Assembly (NCBI GenBank): GCA_035221665.1
Contig: CM069142.1
Location: 27,404,001-27,468,000, forward strand
DNA: 64,000 nt
Direction of reading: 5' to 3'
From: Okamejei kenojei
Lineage: Eukaryota
Shown here one piece after another: positions 36,057-49,522 of the stretch. The position numbers were made by a program, and so were the translations under genes. Position 1 is the first letter of the stretch; each line of letters begins with the position of its first letter. A model generated the notes under the pieces. The model made no database searches. It saw only the letters and a list, made by a program, of their open reading frames with translations, and had not been told where the DNA came from.

Positions 36057-39000
36057 CAAAGTCACATGAGTGACTACATGAAGAGCCCGCATACGTGTCA
36101 ATATGTCAACGCATGGCTCGGGATTCGGAGCAGTTCTAAACTGCTCCGGCAGGTAGGACAATTTTGTTTCAGTAACAGGCCGCTGCTCCAAAAATAGGTG
36201 CAGCCCGGAGAAGCTGATGGGTGCAGCCTGTGCAGCCACCGCCGTTGGAGCTCTGAATGGAAGCAGGCGGCTGGACCCGGATGGGAGCAGGTGGCTGGTC
36301 TTCGTAAAACTGTCGGGCGAGGCCCATACAGCTACCGCCTTGAGGCTCCGGATGGGAGCAGGCGGCCGGATTTAGAAACGCTAACGGGCGTAACCCGTGC
36401 AGCCACCATCTTGAGACTCCGGATGGGAGCAGGCAGCTAGAACGTGACCCGTGCAGCTACCAATGTGATAGACTCTGGAAGAGAGTAGGCCGCGGAGAAA
36501 TTGACGGGCGTGAACCATTCAGCCACTTCCGTGGAGGCTCCAGAAGGGAGTAGACAGCAGTACGCGGAGAAGCTGAAGGGCGCAACCTCGGTTGAAGCTC
36601 CGGAAAGGAGCAGTTAGGAGTCACTAGTTGGTCCCGCAAAAACAGCCTGTTGATCCAGGCTTGCAATACTGGCAGGCGTGACCTGTCCAGTGAGCCCCGC
36701 TGAGGCTCCGAATGAGTAGCTGGCCAAAGGAGCAGCCTGGCGATCCAGGCTGGGAGAAACTGGCAATGCGATCTGCACAGTCAGCTCCAGCAAGGTTCCA
36801 AAAAGGCAAAAGGCCACAGGAGCAGCCTATAGAATCAGGCTTGGAGTAGTGGCAGGTGCCACCTGGTCAATGAGCTCTGATAGGCTCCAAAGGAGCAGAA
36901 GGGGCCGAAGGAGCGCCCTGTCTAACCAGGGCTGGATGTAACTGGTAGCGTGCCCTGCACAGTAAGCTCCAGCAAGGCTCCAAAGAGACTGTCGGCCAAA
37001 GGAGCAGTCTGTCCCATTGGGCTCAGAAATGCTGGCAGGCGTTGTCTTGGACAGCAATGTCGCTTTTGAGCTCTGGAAGGGAGCTGTTGGGCAAGTGAAG
37101 ATGTGGTCAGGCTTGGTCTGAAATGGAACTTTGTTGAAGCTCCAATAAGGAGGTCGACCTGGGCTCAGAGACGCTGGCAGGTAAGGGATTTTGTTTCAGG
37201 AACGGAACGTTGCTCTGAAAATAGGTGCAGCGGGCCCGGATAAGCTGGCACAGCCTGTGCAGCTATCGCCATGGAGGCTCTGAAAAGGAGCAGGCGGCTG
37301 GAATCAGTAGGCTGACGGCTCAGCCGGCGCAGCTACCACCGTGGAGGCTCCGAGTGGCAGCAGCTGGCCTGATTCAGGAAGCTGACAGCACGGCCGATGC
37401 AGCTACCGCCATTGAGGCTCACCGCCGTTTCGGGGCTCCAAGGGAGCAGGCGACTGGTCGCGGAGAGCTGACGGATGCAGCCCAAACAGACACCTCCGTT
37501 GAGGCTCAGAAAGGGAGCCAGCCAGATGCCTGTAGGAAGCAACACCTGGCTCAGGGTTGCGTTATAGTCCTCCCCTCTTGACTCCGTTGAGGCTCCAGAA
37601 GGGAGCAAGCCCAGACTCGGAGTCATTAGAAGGCACGACCTGTCCAGTGAGTATATAATAGAATTGTGCTCCTGGCTCAGGATACGCTTACATGCTGATC
37701 CAGTCAGACGGCTGTGGTAGCAACACCTGGCTCAGGGTTGCGTTATATATCTCCTTTTCAGAAGAATGGAAGCAATACCTGGCTCAGGGTACGTTACAAT
37801 GTCTCCCGCTCAGAAGAGGGGAAGCAACACCTGGTTCAGGGTTGCGTTATTTTATCTTCCGCTTGGTAGAGGGGAGTACTGGAGATTATTATACAAGTAA
37901 CTCTGACTATGGGGATATCAACAAGGAATTTGAATCTCCTGAACTTATGGGGGATAAGCTGCAGTTTAATCATATGAAGGAGTTCTGTCTCTTGTCGTAT
38001 AATTTGCCATCCCTTTGGGGACAGGAAATCCACTGGAGGAGACCTGGCTAAGAGCATCAGTGATTTAACTTCTCATCAGCCAAGGAGGGGTGCATGCTGG
38101 ATACGGCTGGGAAAAATGCCAGTCCAGGTGAACTGCCTGACTTTGGATGTTCCAAATGTCAATCTCACAATTTGGGACATCTCAGTGGTGATACGTGGGC
38201 AAAGAATTAAAATTTCAGTGTACCCAAAGACTGTTCACTGATGTCATTTCGGCCTTTGCAAGGGCTGTAGATGGGTTCAGCTTTCGGTAGTGCAGAAGAT
38301 GCATCAGCACTTCTATGTAATACGCTGTTGGAGCTAAATTGCTTTCGCAAAATGCTATAAGGCCTGAGGTAATTCCTAAAAATGTGCTCACTTATGCAGG
38401 GCCATTAACATGCAGCCTGAAAAGTATCTCTTCGGATAGGACTTATATTAGCAAGTTTTAGACTTGCAGGAAGAATTTTAGGTGGCTGCGGGGGTGGTAG
38501 AACCATCCTATGTGGGTAGGGCTTCAGTATTTCGGGGCATACCACCTCTATATATAACTAACGGCAGGAATCATTACTCTGAGGCTGGTTGGAACACCAG
38601 GCCTACTCAATTCATCTAGCCAGAGGCTTTTAGGCCCAGGGCCATCGCGCTCACCTTGGTGAAGAGAATGTGTTGCGCACACTGGCGAATGAGATACGTC
38701 ATTCCAGGCAGAGGACTGCGGCGGCAACTCTCGGTTCACGATTGCATTATGATATTTTCCACTCTGACAGTGACTCTGACTGTGAGGAGTTGACAGGGAA
38801 CTCATATTCCCACACCAAGTGGATGCTACGCTTTAATTCTAGTCGCATAAGGATCTGGTGTATGTTCTGATTCTGTCAGACATTGGAGGTTTTGTAGGTT
38901 AATGCCATCAGTTGAGGCAAAATCAAAGTCGAAAGACTTTAACCCAGAAAGTTTTGAGAATTCTCAGGAGAAGGAAAATATAGCATGCCAAATCAGGTTA

Positions 39001-40680
39001 GGATTTGGCTAGTCTAATGATGTGTTTGGTTAACCAGTTTAAGATGGATAATTGTCATTCAGCAATTTAGCTGATTCAGAGGATTTAGCGCCTCAATCGA
39101 TCTTGAAGATACATACTTTTCCATATCTATACACGAAAGGCACAGATATTTCTGGTGTCTTTTGATGCCAAAGCCAGTGGTGAAAATTTTAGGCTCTACC
39201 TAGGGTTTCTGGCCTAGCCTATTTACAAAGGTTCTAAAGTTAATGCTGCCCTACTCAGATCAAAAGGGCATTGTGTCACGGAGTTTATAGGCAACATGCT
39301 TTGTAGCTGATAAGACTCGGGGGTTTTATCAGTAGATGCCTCTTACGATATTAAAGATGAGGCGGCGTGAATTTTAATAGTGCCAATTTGGCCTACTCAT
39401 TCAGGGCGTCCATTGTAAAAGACGGCTGAAAGAAGCTCCTACTTACTCAAAGTTCAGCCTACTTCCCGTGCAACTACCTCTGCACGGTTGTATGGGAAGT
39501 TTGTGAAGAGACACATGTGAGCTACTTTTTAAACAGAAGTAGCAGTTGACACTGCTCATGCTGCTTTGTCATTCTCTATAGTACTATGTGGGACGATAAA
39601 TGATTGGTTATTCACCCACTGTTGACTAACGTTATGAAAGGTGTTTTTTATATGAACACTCTAAAGCCTAATAGTGTGGAATGTGTATCAGTTAAAATTA
39701 GTATGCAGATATTCATCTACTGTATTCCTAAAGTGGAACAGTATATTTTAAGTTAATTATGTTGTTAACAACTGATTTCAGCACAAAGAACACAGACTTT
39801 ACTCAATCTCCGGCTGCATCTCTGGGTCATATATGACATGAGTGTAGCATGTTATGGGAATGATCTCATAAAGCTAAACAGTCACGGCTGGGTACAATTT
39901 TGGAGTTGACAGCATACCTACCAGATCGGAGGTTGGGGGTGTTTATTATGTATACAGGTACTCTGAGCTTCCTAGTATCTATGAGATGAAGGATAGTTTT
40001 CTTCATTGTTATTCAATAGTTTTGACAAGAAATTGCGGGTGCAGACTATCTCAATATGAATAGTGTGTAAGCAGCTAATAGCGGGAGTGAATTCAAATAA
40101 TTTCAAGTCTCACTCTACCAGGGGGGGCTGGTTCATTAGCAGCCACTAGAATGGATATTCCCCTTTGATCATCTTCTTGCTACAGCAGGAGGCTCTCATA
40201 GTGCACTTTCAGAAGTTATAAATTGCGTTAAACATGTCTGGATGGTTGCAGATAGAATTCTGAACAGTGTTGCATGAGTTATTGTCTAACTCAAAGCCAA
40301 TTGGGACTGTGGTCCGATTAACGGCAATGGACATGTATGTAAGTTAGCATCATGGTGTTAATAGCCCATGTCTTCGCTACCATTTATGGTTTATCTGTTT
40401 AAGTGTTTCACACACAGATTGGTTTACTGCATGAAACCACAGAATTTGGAAGGCTTCACGTAGTCACTCACGTGACTTCGATATAAAATAGAAAGATTAA
40501 ACGATAACTTTCCGTTTGAAGTTTGATCTTTATTTTATGAGAAGTTGAAGTGAGGGACTAGGTGCCCTCCACTCCCAACCCTGATTCTCATAAAGATAAT
40601 TCGGTAAGTCAAGGGTTATTAATCTTTCTATAGTTTAAGTTCGTGCAAGTGGTCTGTGGTTTCATACAGTTTCATACATC
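36048..40680 (+). mobile_element. Degenerate DIRS1-like element (second family), right ITR missing
   Basis: The left end ATTTTATATCAAAGTCACATGAGTGACTACATGAAG is complementary to an ICR at 40454-40565, which resembles the first element's ICR. An RT remnant ASIDLEDTYFS lies at 39090-39122 and a YR remnant KSHSTR at 40105-40122. There are many stops. Confidence 0.85.
36150..37850 (+). repeat. GC-rich degenerate tandem array inside the second DIRS
   Basis: GAGGCTCC(A/G)GA(A/T)GGGAGCAG recurs about every 60-70 bp. It is followed by AGCAACACCTGGCTCAGGGTTGCGTTA copies at 37538, 37719, 37771 and 37823. Confidence 0.8.
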
Positions 40681-43360
40681 CTTCTAAACTTGTGAATACA
40701 AGCCTAGGCTTTTCAATCTTTCCTCATATGACAGTCCCGCCATCCCAGGGTTCAATCTCGTGAACCTATGCAGCACTACCTCAATCACAAGGATGTCCTT
40801 CCTCAAATTAGGAGACCAAAACTGTACACAATACTCCAGATGTGGTCTTACCAGAGCCAGATACAACTCCAGAAGAACCTCTTTACTCCTATACTGAAAT
40901 CCTCTTGTTATGAAGGCCAACATTCCATTAGCTTTCTTCACTGCCTGCTGTACCTGCATGCCAACTTTCAGTGACTGGTGTACAAGGACACACAGGTCTC
41001 GCTGTACATCCTCCTTACCTAACCTAACCCCATTAAGATAATAATCTGCTCCCTTGTATTTGCCGCCAAAGTGGATAACCTCACATTTATCTATATCCAC
41101 AAAATTGCTGGTGTTCTTCCTAATTCCCTCTTCCAAATCATTAATATATGTTGTGGCCCCAACACCGAGCCTTGTGGCACACCACTCGCCACTGCTTGCC
41201 ATTCTGAAAAGGACCCTGTTCACTCATCCTCTTTGCTTCCTGTCTGCCAACCAATTTTCTATCCATGTCAACACCCTACCCCCAATACCATGTGCTCTAA
41301 TTTTGGTCACCAGTCTCATGTGCAGGACCTTATCAAAGGCCTTCTGAAAGTCTAGATACACTACATCCACTGGCTCCTCTTCATCCATTTTGCTTGTCAC
41401 ATCCCTCAAAAAATTCCAGAATATTAGTCACACATGATTTCCCTTTCATAAATCCACGCTGACTTGGACTAATCCTTTTACTGCTATCCAAATGCTCCAT
41501 TATTACCTCTTTAATAATTGACTCCAGCATCTTTCCCACCACCAAAGTCAGGTTAACTGGTCTGTAATTTCCCATTTTCTCTTCTGCTCCTTTCTTGAAA
41601 AGTGGTATAACATTAGCTATCCTCCAATCCACAGGAACTGATCCTGAATCTATTGAACATCGGAAAATGATCACCAATGCATCCACTATTTCTAGGGCCA
41701 CCTCCCATGAGGACCCTGGGATGCAGACCATCAGGCCCTGGGGATTTATCATCCTTCAGTCCCATTAGCCTACCCAATATTATTTCTCGCCTAATGAAAA
41801 ATTATTTCAGTTCCTCTACCTCCTTAAGTCATCTGTCCTCCAGTACTTCTGGAAGATTGTTTGTGTCCTCCTTAGTGAAGACAGATCTGAAGTACCTGTT
41901 CAACCCTTCTGCCATTTCCTTGTTCCCCATAATAATTTCACCCGCGTCTGCCTTCAAGGGACCCACATTTGACTTTGCTATTCTTTTCCCTTAACATATC
42001 TAAAGAAGCTTTTACTGTCCTTCTTTATATTCCTGGCAGCTTCCCCTCGTACTTCATCTTTTCAGCCCATATTCGCCGTTTTGTTTCCTTCTGTTGTCCT
42101 ATGAAAGTTTCCCAATCCTCTGGCTTCCGGTTACTCTTTGCTGAGTTATACATCTTTTCTTTTAGTTTTATTCTATCCTTAACTTCTCTTGTCAGCCACG
42201 GTTGCCTCCTACTCCTCTTAGAATCTTTCTTCTGAAATGATCCTGCGTCTTCCGGATTATGCCCAGAAATTCCTGCCATTGCTGTTCCACCATCATTCCT
42301 GCTAGGATCCTTTCTCATTGTAATTCATCGAGCCTGCATCATCTGCTGACCCTCTGATGACTACCCTCTGTGGCAGAGAGTTCCAGAGACTCACCATGAA
42401 AAAAAGTCTTTCTCATCTCGGTCAGGATTTCCCCTTATCCTTAAGCTGTGACCCCTGTCCTGGACTTCCCCAACATCGGGAACAATCTTCCTGCATCTAG
42501 CCTGTCCAACCCCTTAAGAATTTTGTACGTTTCTATAAGATCCCCTCTCAATCTCCTAAATTCCAGAGAGTATAAACCGAGTCTATCCAGTCTTTCTTCA
42601 TTCCTGACATCCCAGGAATCAGTCTGGTGAATCTGCCTGTCGACCTTGGCCAGCTCCCCTCTCATGCCTTCATAGTCCCCTTTGTTCAACTGCATCACAG
42701 GCACTTTCGATTTAACCTTCTCCTTCTCAAATTGCAGATTAAAACTAATCATATTATGATCACTGCCTCCAAGCGGTTCCTTTACCTCGAGTTCTCGTAT
42801 CATATCTGGTTCATTGGACAACACTAAATCCAGAATTGCCTTTTCTCTGGTCGGCTCCATTACAAGCTGCTCTAAGAATCCATCTCGGAGGCACTCCACA
42901 AACTCTCTTTCTCGGGTCCCTGAACCAACCTGATTTCCCCGGTCTACCTGCATATTGAAATCTCCCATCACCACAGTGGCATTGCCTTTGTTACATGCCA
43001 GTTTTAACTCCTGCTGCAACTTACACCCTACATCCGGGCTACTATTTGGCAGTCTGTAGATAACACCAATTAATGTCTTCTTGCCTTTGCATTTCCTCAA
43101 CTCAATCCACAGTGACTCTACCTCGTCAGTCCCTATGTCTTCCCTCGCAAGGGACTGAATTCCATCCCTCACCAGCAGAGCTACCCCCCCCCCCCCCCAT
43201 CCTCTGCCCACCTGCCTGTCCTTTCTATAGGATGTATAACCCTGAATATTAAGTTCCCAGGCTCTATCCTCCTGCAGCCACGTCTCAGTAATCCCCACCA
43301 TGTCATATCTACCAACCTCTAACTGAGCCTCAAGCTCATCTACTTTACTTCTTATACTTC
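40677..43360 (-). mobile_element. Body of a degenerate CR1 (endonuclease and RT), with a nested younger CR1 piece at about 42360-42630
   Basis: ORF remnants include GITETWL, GDFN, SDHN, DFQKAFD and RPHLEYCVQFWSP. 42360-42630 matches the young CR1 3' region seen at 9700-9995. Confidence 0.92.
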
Positions 43361-44158
43361 ACCACCCTCTGACTAAAGAAATTTCTTCTCATCTCCTTTC
43401 TACAGGTGTGTCCTTTTATTTTGAGGCTATGGCCTATGGTCCTAGGCTCTCCCACTAGTGGAAACATCCTCTTCACATCCACTCTATCGAGGCCTTTCAC
43501 TGTTCGGTAAGTTTCAAAGAGATTCCCCCCCCTCTCTTCCTTCTAAACTTCTGCGAGTACAGCTCCATTAAACACTCATGATATGTTAACCCAATTATTC
43601 CTAGGATCATTCTCATTGGTGTGCTTTCTTGTGTCAATGTGGTTAAACCAGGATAAATTGTTGGTAATATTTACAATTTCGCTCTTCACCATCTCCACCT
43701 GATACAGACCAATTGACAGACACTCCACATTACACTCCACATCATTTACTGAGTCCATGCCAACCCAGCGAACAACCTTATAGTAGTTCTATTCTACACA
43801 CTAGGGATAATTTATAAAAGCCAATTATGTAAGTAAGTAAATAAGTAAGTAAGTATGTTTATTGGCCAAGTATTCACATACAAGGAATTTGCCTTGGTGC
43901 TCCGCCCACAAGTAACAACATGACATACAGTGACAGTTACAAACGACTCAGAAAACACTAAACATTAATAATAATAAAACATTGATGAAACTTAATTAAA
44001 TTTCATTATTTATTAAATTAAAAAAAAAAAATTAAACTACACACCTGCACATTTTTGGAGTGAAGGGGGAAACCCCATGTAGGTGTCAGGGAGAACGTGC
44101 AAACTCCATACAGACAACACCCACAGGCAGGAATGAACCTGGATCTCTAGCACTCTAA

Positions 44159-44470
44159 TGAGCCTGTCCCACTTGGTGATTTTTTAGGCAACTGCCGGTG
44201 ACTGTCATTGTTGTAGCAGGTCGCCGAAAAACCGGCGATAGCCTACGTCATCCTGGCGAGAATCTATGACAGCACCTACGTCATGAGAAGTCAAGCTACA
44301 CTCATTGGCGTCAAACCCACTGTCGCCAAAAAATTTTCAACATGTCCAGAAAGACGCTACGACTTTTTGCGCGACTGAGGAGACTACTCCCAGTGATCAC
44401 CAGCAAACATGTGGCGACAAACTATTCGCCTGTAGTTGCCTAAAAAAATCGCCTAAGTGGGACAGGCCCA
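44159..44470. mobile_element. PIF/Harbinger-type MITE inserted in an HE1-type SINE
   Basis: The TIRs are TGAGCCTGTCCCACTT and AAGTGGGACAGGCCCA. The TAA duplication falls at the SINE's TAAGGCAGC site. Confidence 0.85.
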
Positions 44471-47400
44471 TAAGGCAGCAACTCTACCACTGTACCTCTG
44501 TGCCGTTCTGCACATTACACAGTGTCTCTCATGGATATTGAAGAAAGTTGTGATATTTCTTGGTGTGGACAAGCATAAAAAAGATCTTCACATTTTAAGA
44601 TGGAGAGGAGAGGGTGGATTCCAAAACCTTGGGGCTTTACGACTAAAGGCCTGGTTGCCAGGAAAGGCAATGAGATTGAGAAAACACATTGGTAACCAAA
44701 TCCTGAGAAAAAAAAGTGTGGGAATATATGGGAATAGGGAATATTGTAGGATTGGATAAAGTTAAAGAAAGCTTATTGCCTTTGCAATCCTATTGTAGGA
44801 TTGCAAGATTTAAAAAAATCAACAGTGTTTTTAGGTAACAGAGTAAGGGAAGAAACGGTAGCAGATATTAATGTGAGTAAGTATTTCACAGAACTCCATT
44901 GCTTCATCTTGTAGAATTGGCAGATGCGCGATGGTAACGGAATATAAATTGATGATTTTGATCACCTGGATATTAACCGGATACTCATTTTCCCAATGGT
45001 TTACATTGCTACTTTTAGTCATGTTGACATTGGATGGCTGCCTGGGAACAAATTTTGAGCCTGTCACAATTTTGAGCAAAGATAGACACAAAATGCTGGG
45101 GTAATTCAGCGGGACAGTCATCATCTCTGGAGAGAAGGAATGGGCCATTGTCGAGGTGTGATACCTCTGAGACTGCAGTTTTAAAGGTGAAAGATGCAAC
45201 ACTAAGAGTGAACTGTATGTGTGCTAAAAGCAACATCTTTAATTATTAAGAATGTTGTAATGACATTTGACCCGAGAGGATTGAGTTCGTATTTCTGGAG
45301 CTTGAGATTTTTAAGTATTTTCCCATGTATTTATCTGAAGAACTGTGCTGAATTCCTATATTTTCCAGGCTAACATAAATTCACCTTTAACATGGATGTT
45401 GTGATCACTAATGAATAGCTTTTAATTATACATGCAGTCATGGGCAACTGGTGGACAGTTTGACAGATATCAGGTGTCTTAAATTCCTTCCATGGGGGAT
45501 CTATATGGACAGTTTAAACAGCAGGGTATTCATTTGTTCAATCAGATTGAAGGCTATTAGAGAGATAGAAAATGAATTAAAGATGGGGAAGTTAGAGATG
45601 CAGCATGGAAACAGGCCAATTCTAGTCCACACCAACATCAATCAGCCATGCACACTAGCTCTATGTTATTCCACTTTCGCATCCACTCTGCTCCACATGA
45701 GGGGCAATTTTCAGAGGCCAATTAACCTACAAACCTGCATGTCTTTGGCATGTGGCCAGAAATGAGAGCACCCGGGAGGAAACCCAGGTATTCACAGGAA
45801 GAACATGCAAACTCCACATAGACAGCTCCTGAAGTCCGGAGTGAAACCGGGTCTCTGGTGCCGCGAGGCAGCAGCTCCACCAGATGCGCCACTGTGCTGC
45901 AGTGAAATAAGATGAAAGATGAAATAAAAGTAGATTAAAATGGTCCATGAGAATTTTTTTATTGTGTAAGTCTCCACCAATAATCAATTTGTACAAGACA
46001 TACAGTAGCTGGCTGAGTTTATCCTCTTTCTCTGCATTTTGCAACTCTCACATCCTTACGTTCAGCTTCTTTTGTCTATGATCTCACCCTTGGCATGGTC
46101 ATGGGTCTGCTCTTGTGCTGGACTGTTCAGTGTTCCACGTTTGCATAGCTGCTCACATTCATTCACGCACTGATCATAAGACAAAGGAGCAGAAGTAGAC
46201 CATTCAGCTGATTTTGTCTACTCCACCATTCAATCATGGCTGATCTATTTTCCCCCCTCTGCACTATTCTCCTACCTTCTCCCTGTGACACCCTTCCTAT
46301 AAATCTCAATTTTAAAAAATATTCAATGTATTGGTCTCCACAGCCGTCTGTGGCAATTAATTCCACAGATTCACCACCCTCTGGCTGAATAAAGTCCTCC
46401 TCAACTCCATTCTGAAGGTACGTCCTTCTAACCAGAAAAACGTGTCTACAACTCATTCCTGTGCTCACCCAGTTTTACCCTATAAGAGATATTCCCCTCC
46501 ATCTCATCCTACCCTCCCCCCCCCCCCACCTCCTAACTCTCCCACATCTTTAAAGACTTATTGTATTTTATTTTAAGCTGGCAATTCTACAGTTGGCACA
46601 TAAATCTTTTTCTCCAAATAGTTTTGTGATTTGGAAGCACATAAAGAGATTTGAAACTACAATGTTAGATATGTTATTATGCTATAACATACATCAATTA
46701 TGCATAATGCAATCTTTGAAATTTGACAAAAGGTTATCTTTGAAAATGCATAATATAATCTTTGAGGTTTGCTAGTAGATCTTTAAGCATATACAAAACA
46801 CCTGTTAGATGTGCTTCACAGTCACAGCTGTAAACAGGCAGAAAACAAAGAGGTGGTACCAAGAAGATCATGGCAAGCTGCTCTTCTTTCTCGAAGCATC
46901 TTTTAATATATACATGCAATGACATTTTTAAGGTTCATGCACACTTGGCTGCCCAATGATTGTATAGATAATTAGCAATCTGCCAACCAGCTACCATACG
47001 GACCCTGGGAGGAGGGAACTTAAATGGTAATTATAACTTATACATGAAATGGTTGATCATGTGACGTTTATTATGTGCAAAACATGAGTATAATTCTATG
47101 AGATACTTATGCATGAATACAATTTGTACACATCGTGTTTACAATGATAGGTTGCTGAAGAAATGCCATCCCCACAAAAATTGTTTGTTAAGCCCTATTT
47201 ATGGTTCATGAGGATGAAAACCAAGGAGAGCTGTTGTTTGTTGCTATCATGATTTGTTGCAACAAAAGGTTTCAATATGAATTCTGTCTTCACAACCATT
47301 TAATTGTAGTCAAAATGTTATATGATGAGATCAGTGACAATCATGGCAGTAATGGTGCAAACATTGCATTAAGTAAATTATTTTTTTAAATTCCTCATAT

Positions 47401-47602
47401 TTAAGATATTTGCTGTGGAGGTTATGAGTTACAAACACACTTCTTGTACAGGTAATGAGCCGTACTATGGTGTAAAGTTGTTTTTCACAAGAGCTGATTA
47501 CACGGTGGCGCAGTGGTAGAGTTGCTGCCTTACAGCGCTTGCAGCGCCAGAGACCCAGGTACGATCCCGACCATGGATGCAGTTTATATGGAGTTTGTAC
47601 AT

Positions 47603-47941
47603 TAGTAGGTAGGTCGTAGGTAGGTTGTGATGGTAGTCGTAGGTAGTCTTAGGTAGTCGTAGGTCGGTAATTGGCCCGAAAAAAAAAGCAAACATTATAT
47701 CATTTTATCATGTGATCATTTTCCACTCGTAGCTAGTCGTAGTTGGTCTTAGGTGTGGAAGACTGAGGTCAAGGGGGGTTGTAGGGGGTCATAGACATAG
47801 CCGTAGGAGGTCGTAGACATAGTCATAGGAGGTCATAGGAGGTCTTTTACTTTGGCAAGTCGACACGACCTTGACATTTTTTTCAACTCGTCTAAGGTCT
47901 TCTAAACTTGTGGATTAGGTTGTCCAAGTGGGACAGGCCCT
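47603..47941. mobile_element. One-ended Harbinger-type MITE inside a SINE
   Basis: It ends AAGTGGGACAGGCCCT-TTA and has a GGTCGTA-rich body. The left TIR is lost. Confidence 0.65.
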
Positions 47942-49366
47942 TTAATTGGCTTGGTTTAAGTATAAATTGTTCCTAGTGTGTATGTGTGGGGTTCGCTGAT
48001 CAGTGCAAACTCGGCAGGTTGAAGGGCCTGTTTCTGCACAGTATCTCAAAACTAAACTAAAAGGTTATACAGAGGCTAGCTTTTGATATCGGATATTGTG
48101 AAGGGGGAGAGTCTGGAAACTGAACACTTTTCCTGGAGTCAGATGAGGAACAATTTGTAGAAAGGCACATGCTGGGAGCCAATTATATAATACGCTTCAT
48201 TTCTAGCATAAATGAGGATGATTTTCTATATGGCAAATTCCTGTTAAATCGCTGGAGAAGTGAAGTTGGTAAGAAGAAGATAGAGAAATATGTCATAGTC
48301 ATACAGCACAGAAACAGGCTCGCTGGCCCAACTCATCCATGCGGACCAAGATGCCCCATCTAAGCTAGTCCCATTTGTCTGTGTTTGGCCCCTATCCCCC
48401 TAAACTTTTCATATCCATGTACCTGTCCAAGTGCCTTCTAAATGCTGTTATACTTTCTGATTCAACCACCTCATTTGAAGATTGTCGACCAAAAACATCA
48501 CCCATCCATGTTCTCCAGAAATGCTGCCTGACCTGCTGAGCTACTCTGGCACTTTGGGTCCATTTGTGTATTAACCGGCACCTGCAGGTCCTTGTTTCTA
48601 CCTCCTCTGGCAGCGTGTTCCATATATCTAGTACCGTCTGAGTGAAAACGTTGCCCCTTAGGTTTGTATTAAATCTTGCTCCTCTCACCTTAAACAAATA
48701 TCCTCTTATTTTCGACCCCCCTACCCTTGGTAAAAGACTCTGTGCATTCACCCTCTCCAATCACCCTTTGTTTTTATACAATTTTGAGGTTAATCTTAAA
48801 GTAGTGTTTTATAACTGCTAAGTTATTGGTTACGGAGGGAAACCAGAATCCTAACATTAATAATAAAAATGGAAAATGTTAGTGAAATATAACCAAATTA
48901 AAAAACACACCAGTTAAATTGTTTATTCAAGGATTTAGATGTGCCAGACGCAGACACCTAGCTGTCTGATATTCATGTATTTGTCAAAGCAGATCGCAGT
49001 ATGAGCTCATTCTAGCATGGGGTGAATGATTTGTTGCTTTGGCAACAGACTCTGCCAATTCCTCATCAATCAACAGGAGGCAAATATCAATTGAGCTTAC
49101 ATGATAAGGATGCCTGTGATCTCCTACACAGGGTGCTGTTGTCGGCCTAATCCCTGCCAAACACAGTACGACTGTCATGGACAACAGCAGATTCTACCAG
49201 CGACACACCGTCTCGATCTGTATCTATGCGTCATGGGAGGGGGGGAGTTATCCTGATATTTAATACAGATTAAATAATTACAGATTACTACAAATGAATA
49301 CAGATTCATACCGATACGAAATCCTGATATTTTACATAGATGAATGTATAAATTATTTACTTTCAC

Positions 49367-49522
49367 TAACTGAGCGGGACAGGCAGCATCTCTGGAGAGA
49401 AGGAATGGGCGACGTTTCGGGTCGAGACCCTTCTTCAGACTCTTGAGTCTCGACCCGAAACGTCACCCATTCCTTCTCTCCAGAGATGCTGCCTGTCCCG
49501 CTCAGTTCCTCCAGCATTTTGA
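49367..49522. repeat. Near-perfect Penelope-derived palindrome (representative copy; others near 1-135, 3372-3633, 6470-6695, 8185-8425, 18577-18705, 29933-30105, 33063-33265, 51730-51858, 53835-54035, 61935-62160)
   Basis: CTGAGCGGGACAGGCAGCATCTCTGGAGAGAAGGAATGGGCGACGTTTCGGGTCGAGAC is followed by its reverse complement. This is the same sequence as the PLE terminus at 56970-57060. Confidence 0.88.

Noticed and set aside
37538-37850. CRISPR-like spacing of a ~28-bp repeat (52-bp period)
   Set aside because: The context is eukaryotic, there are no cas genes, the spacers resemble each other, and it lies within a DIRS tandem array.
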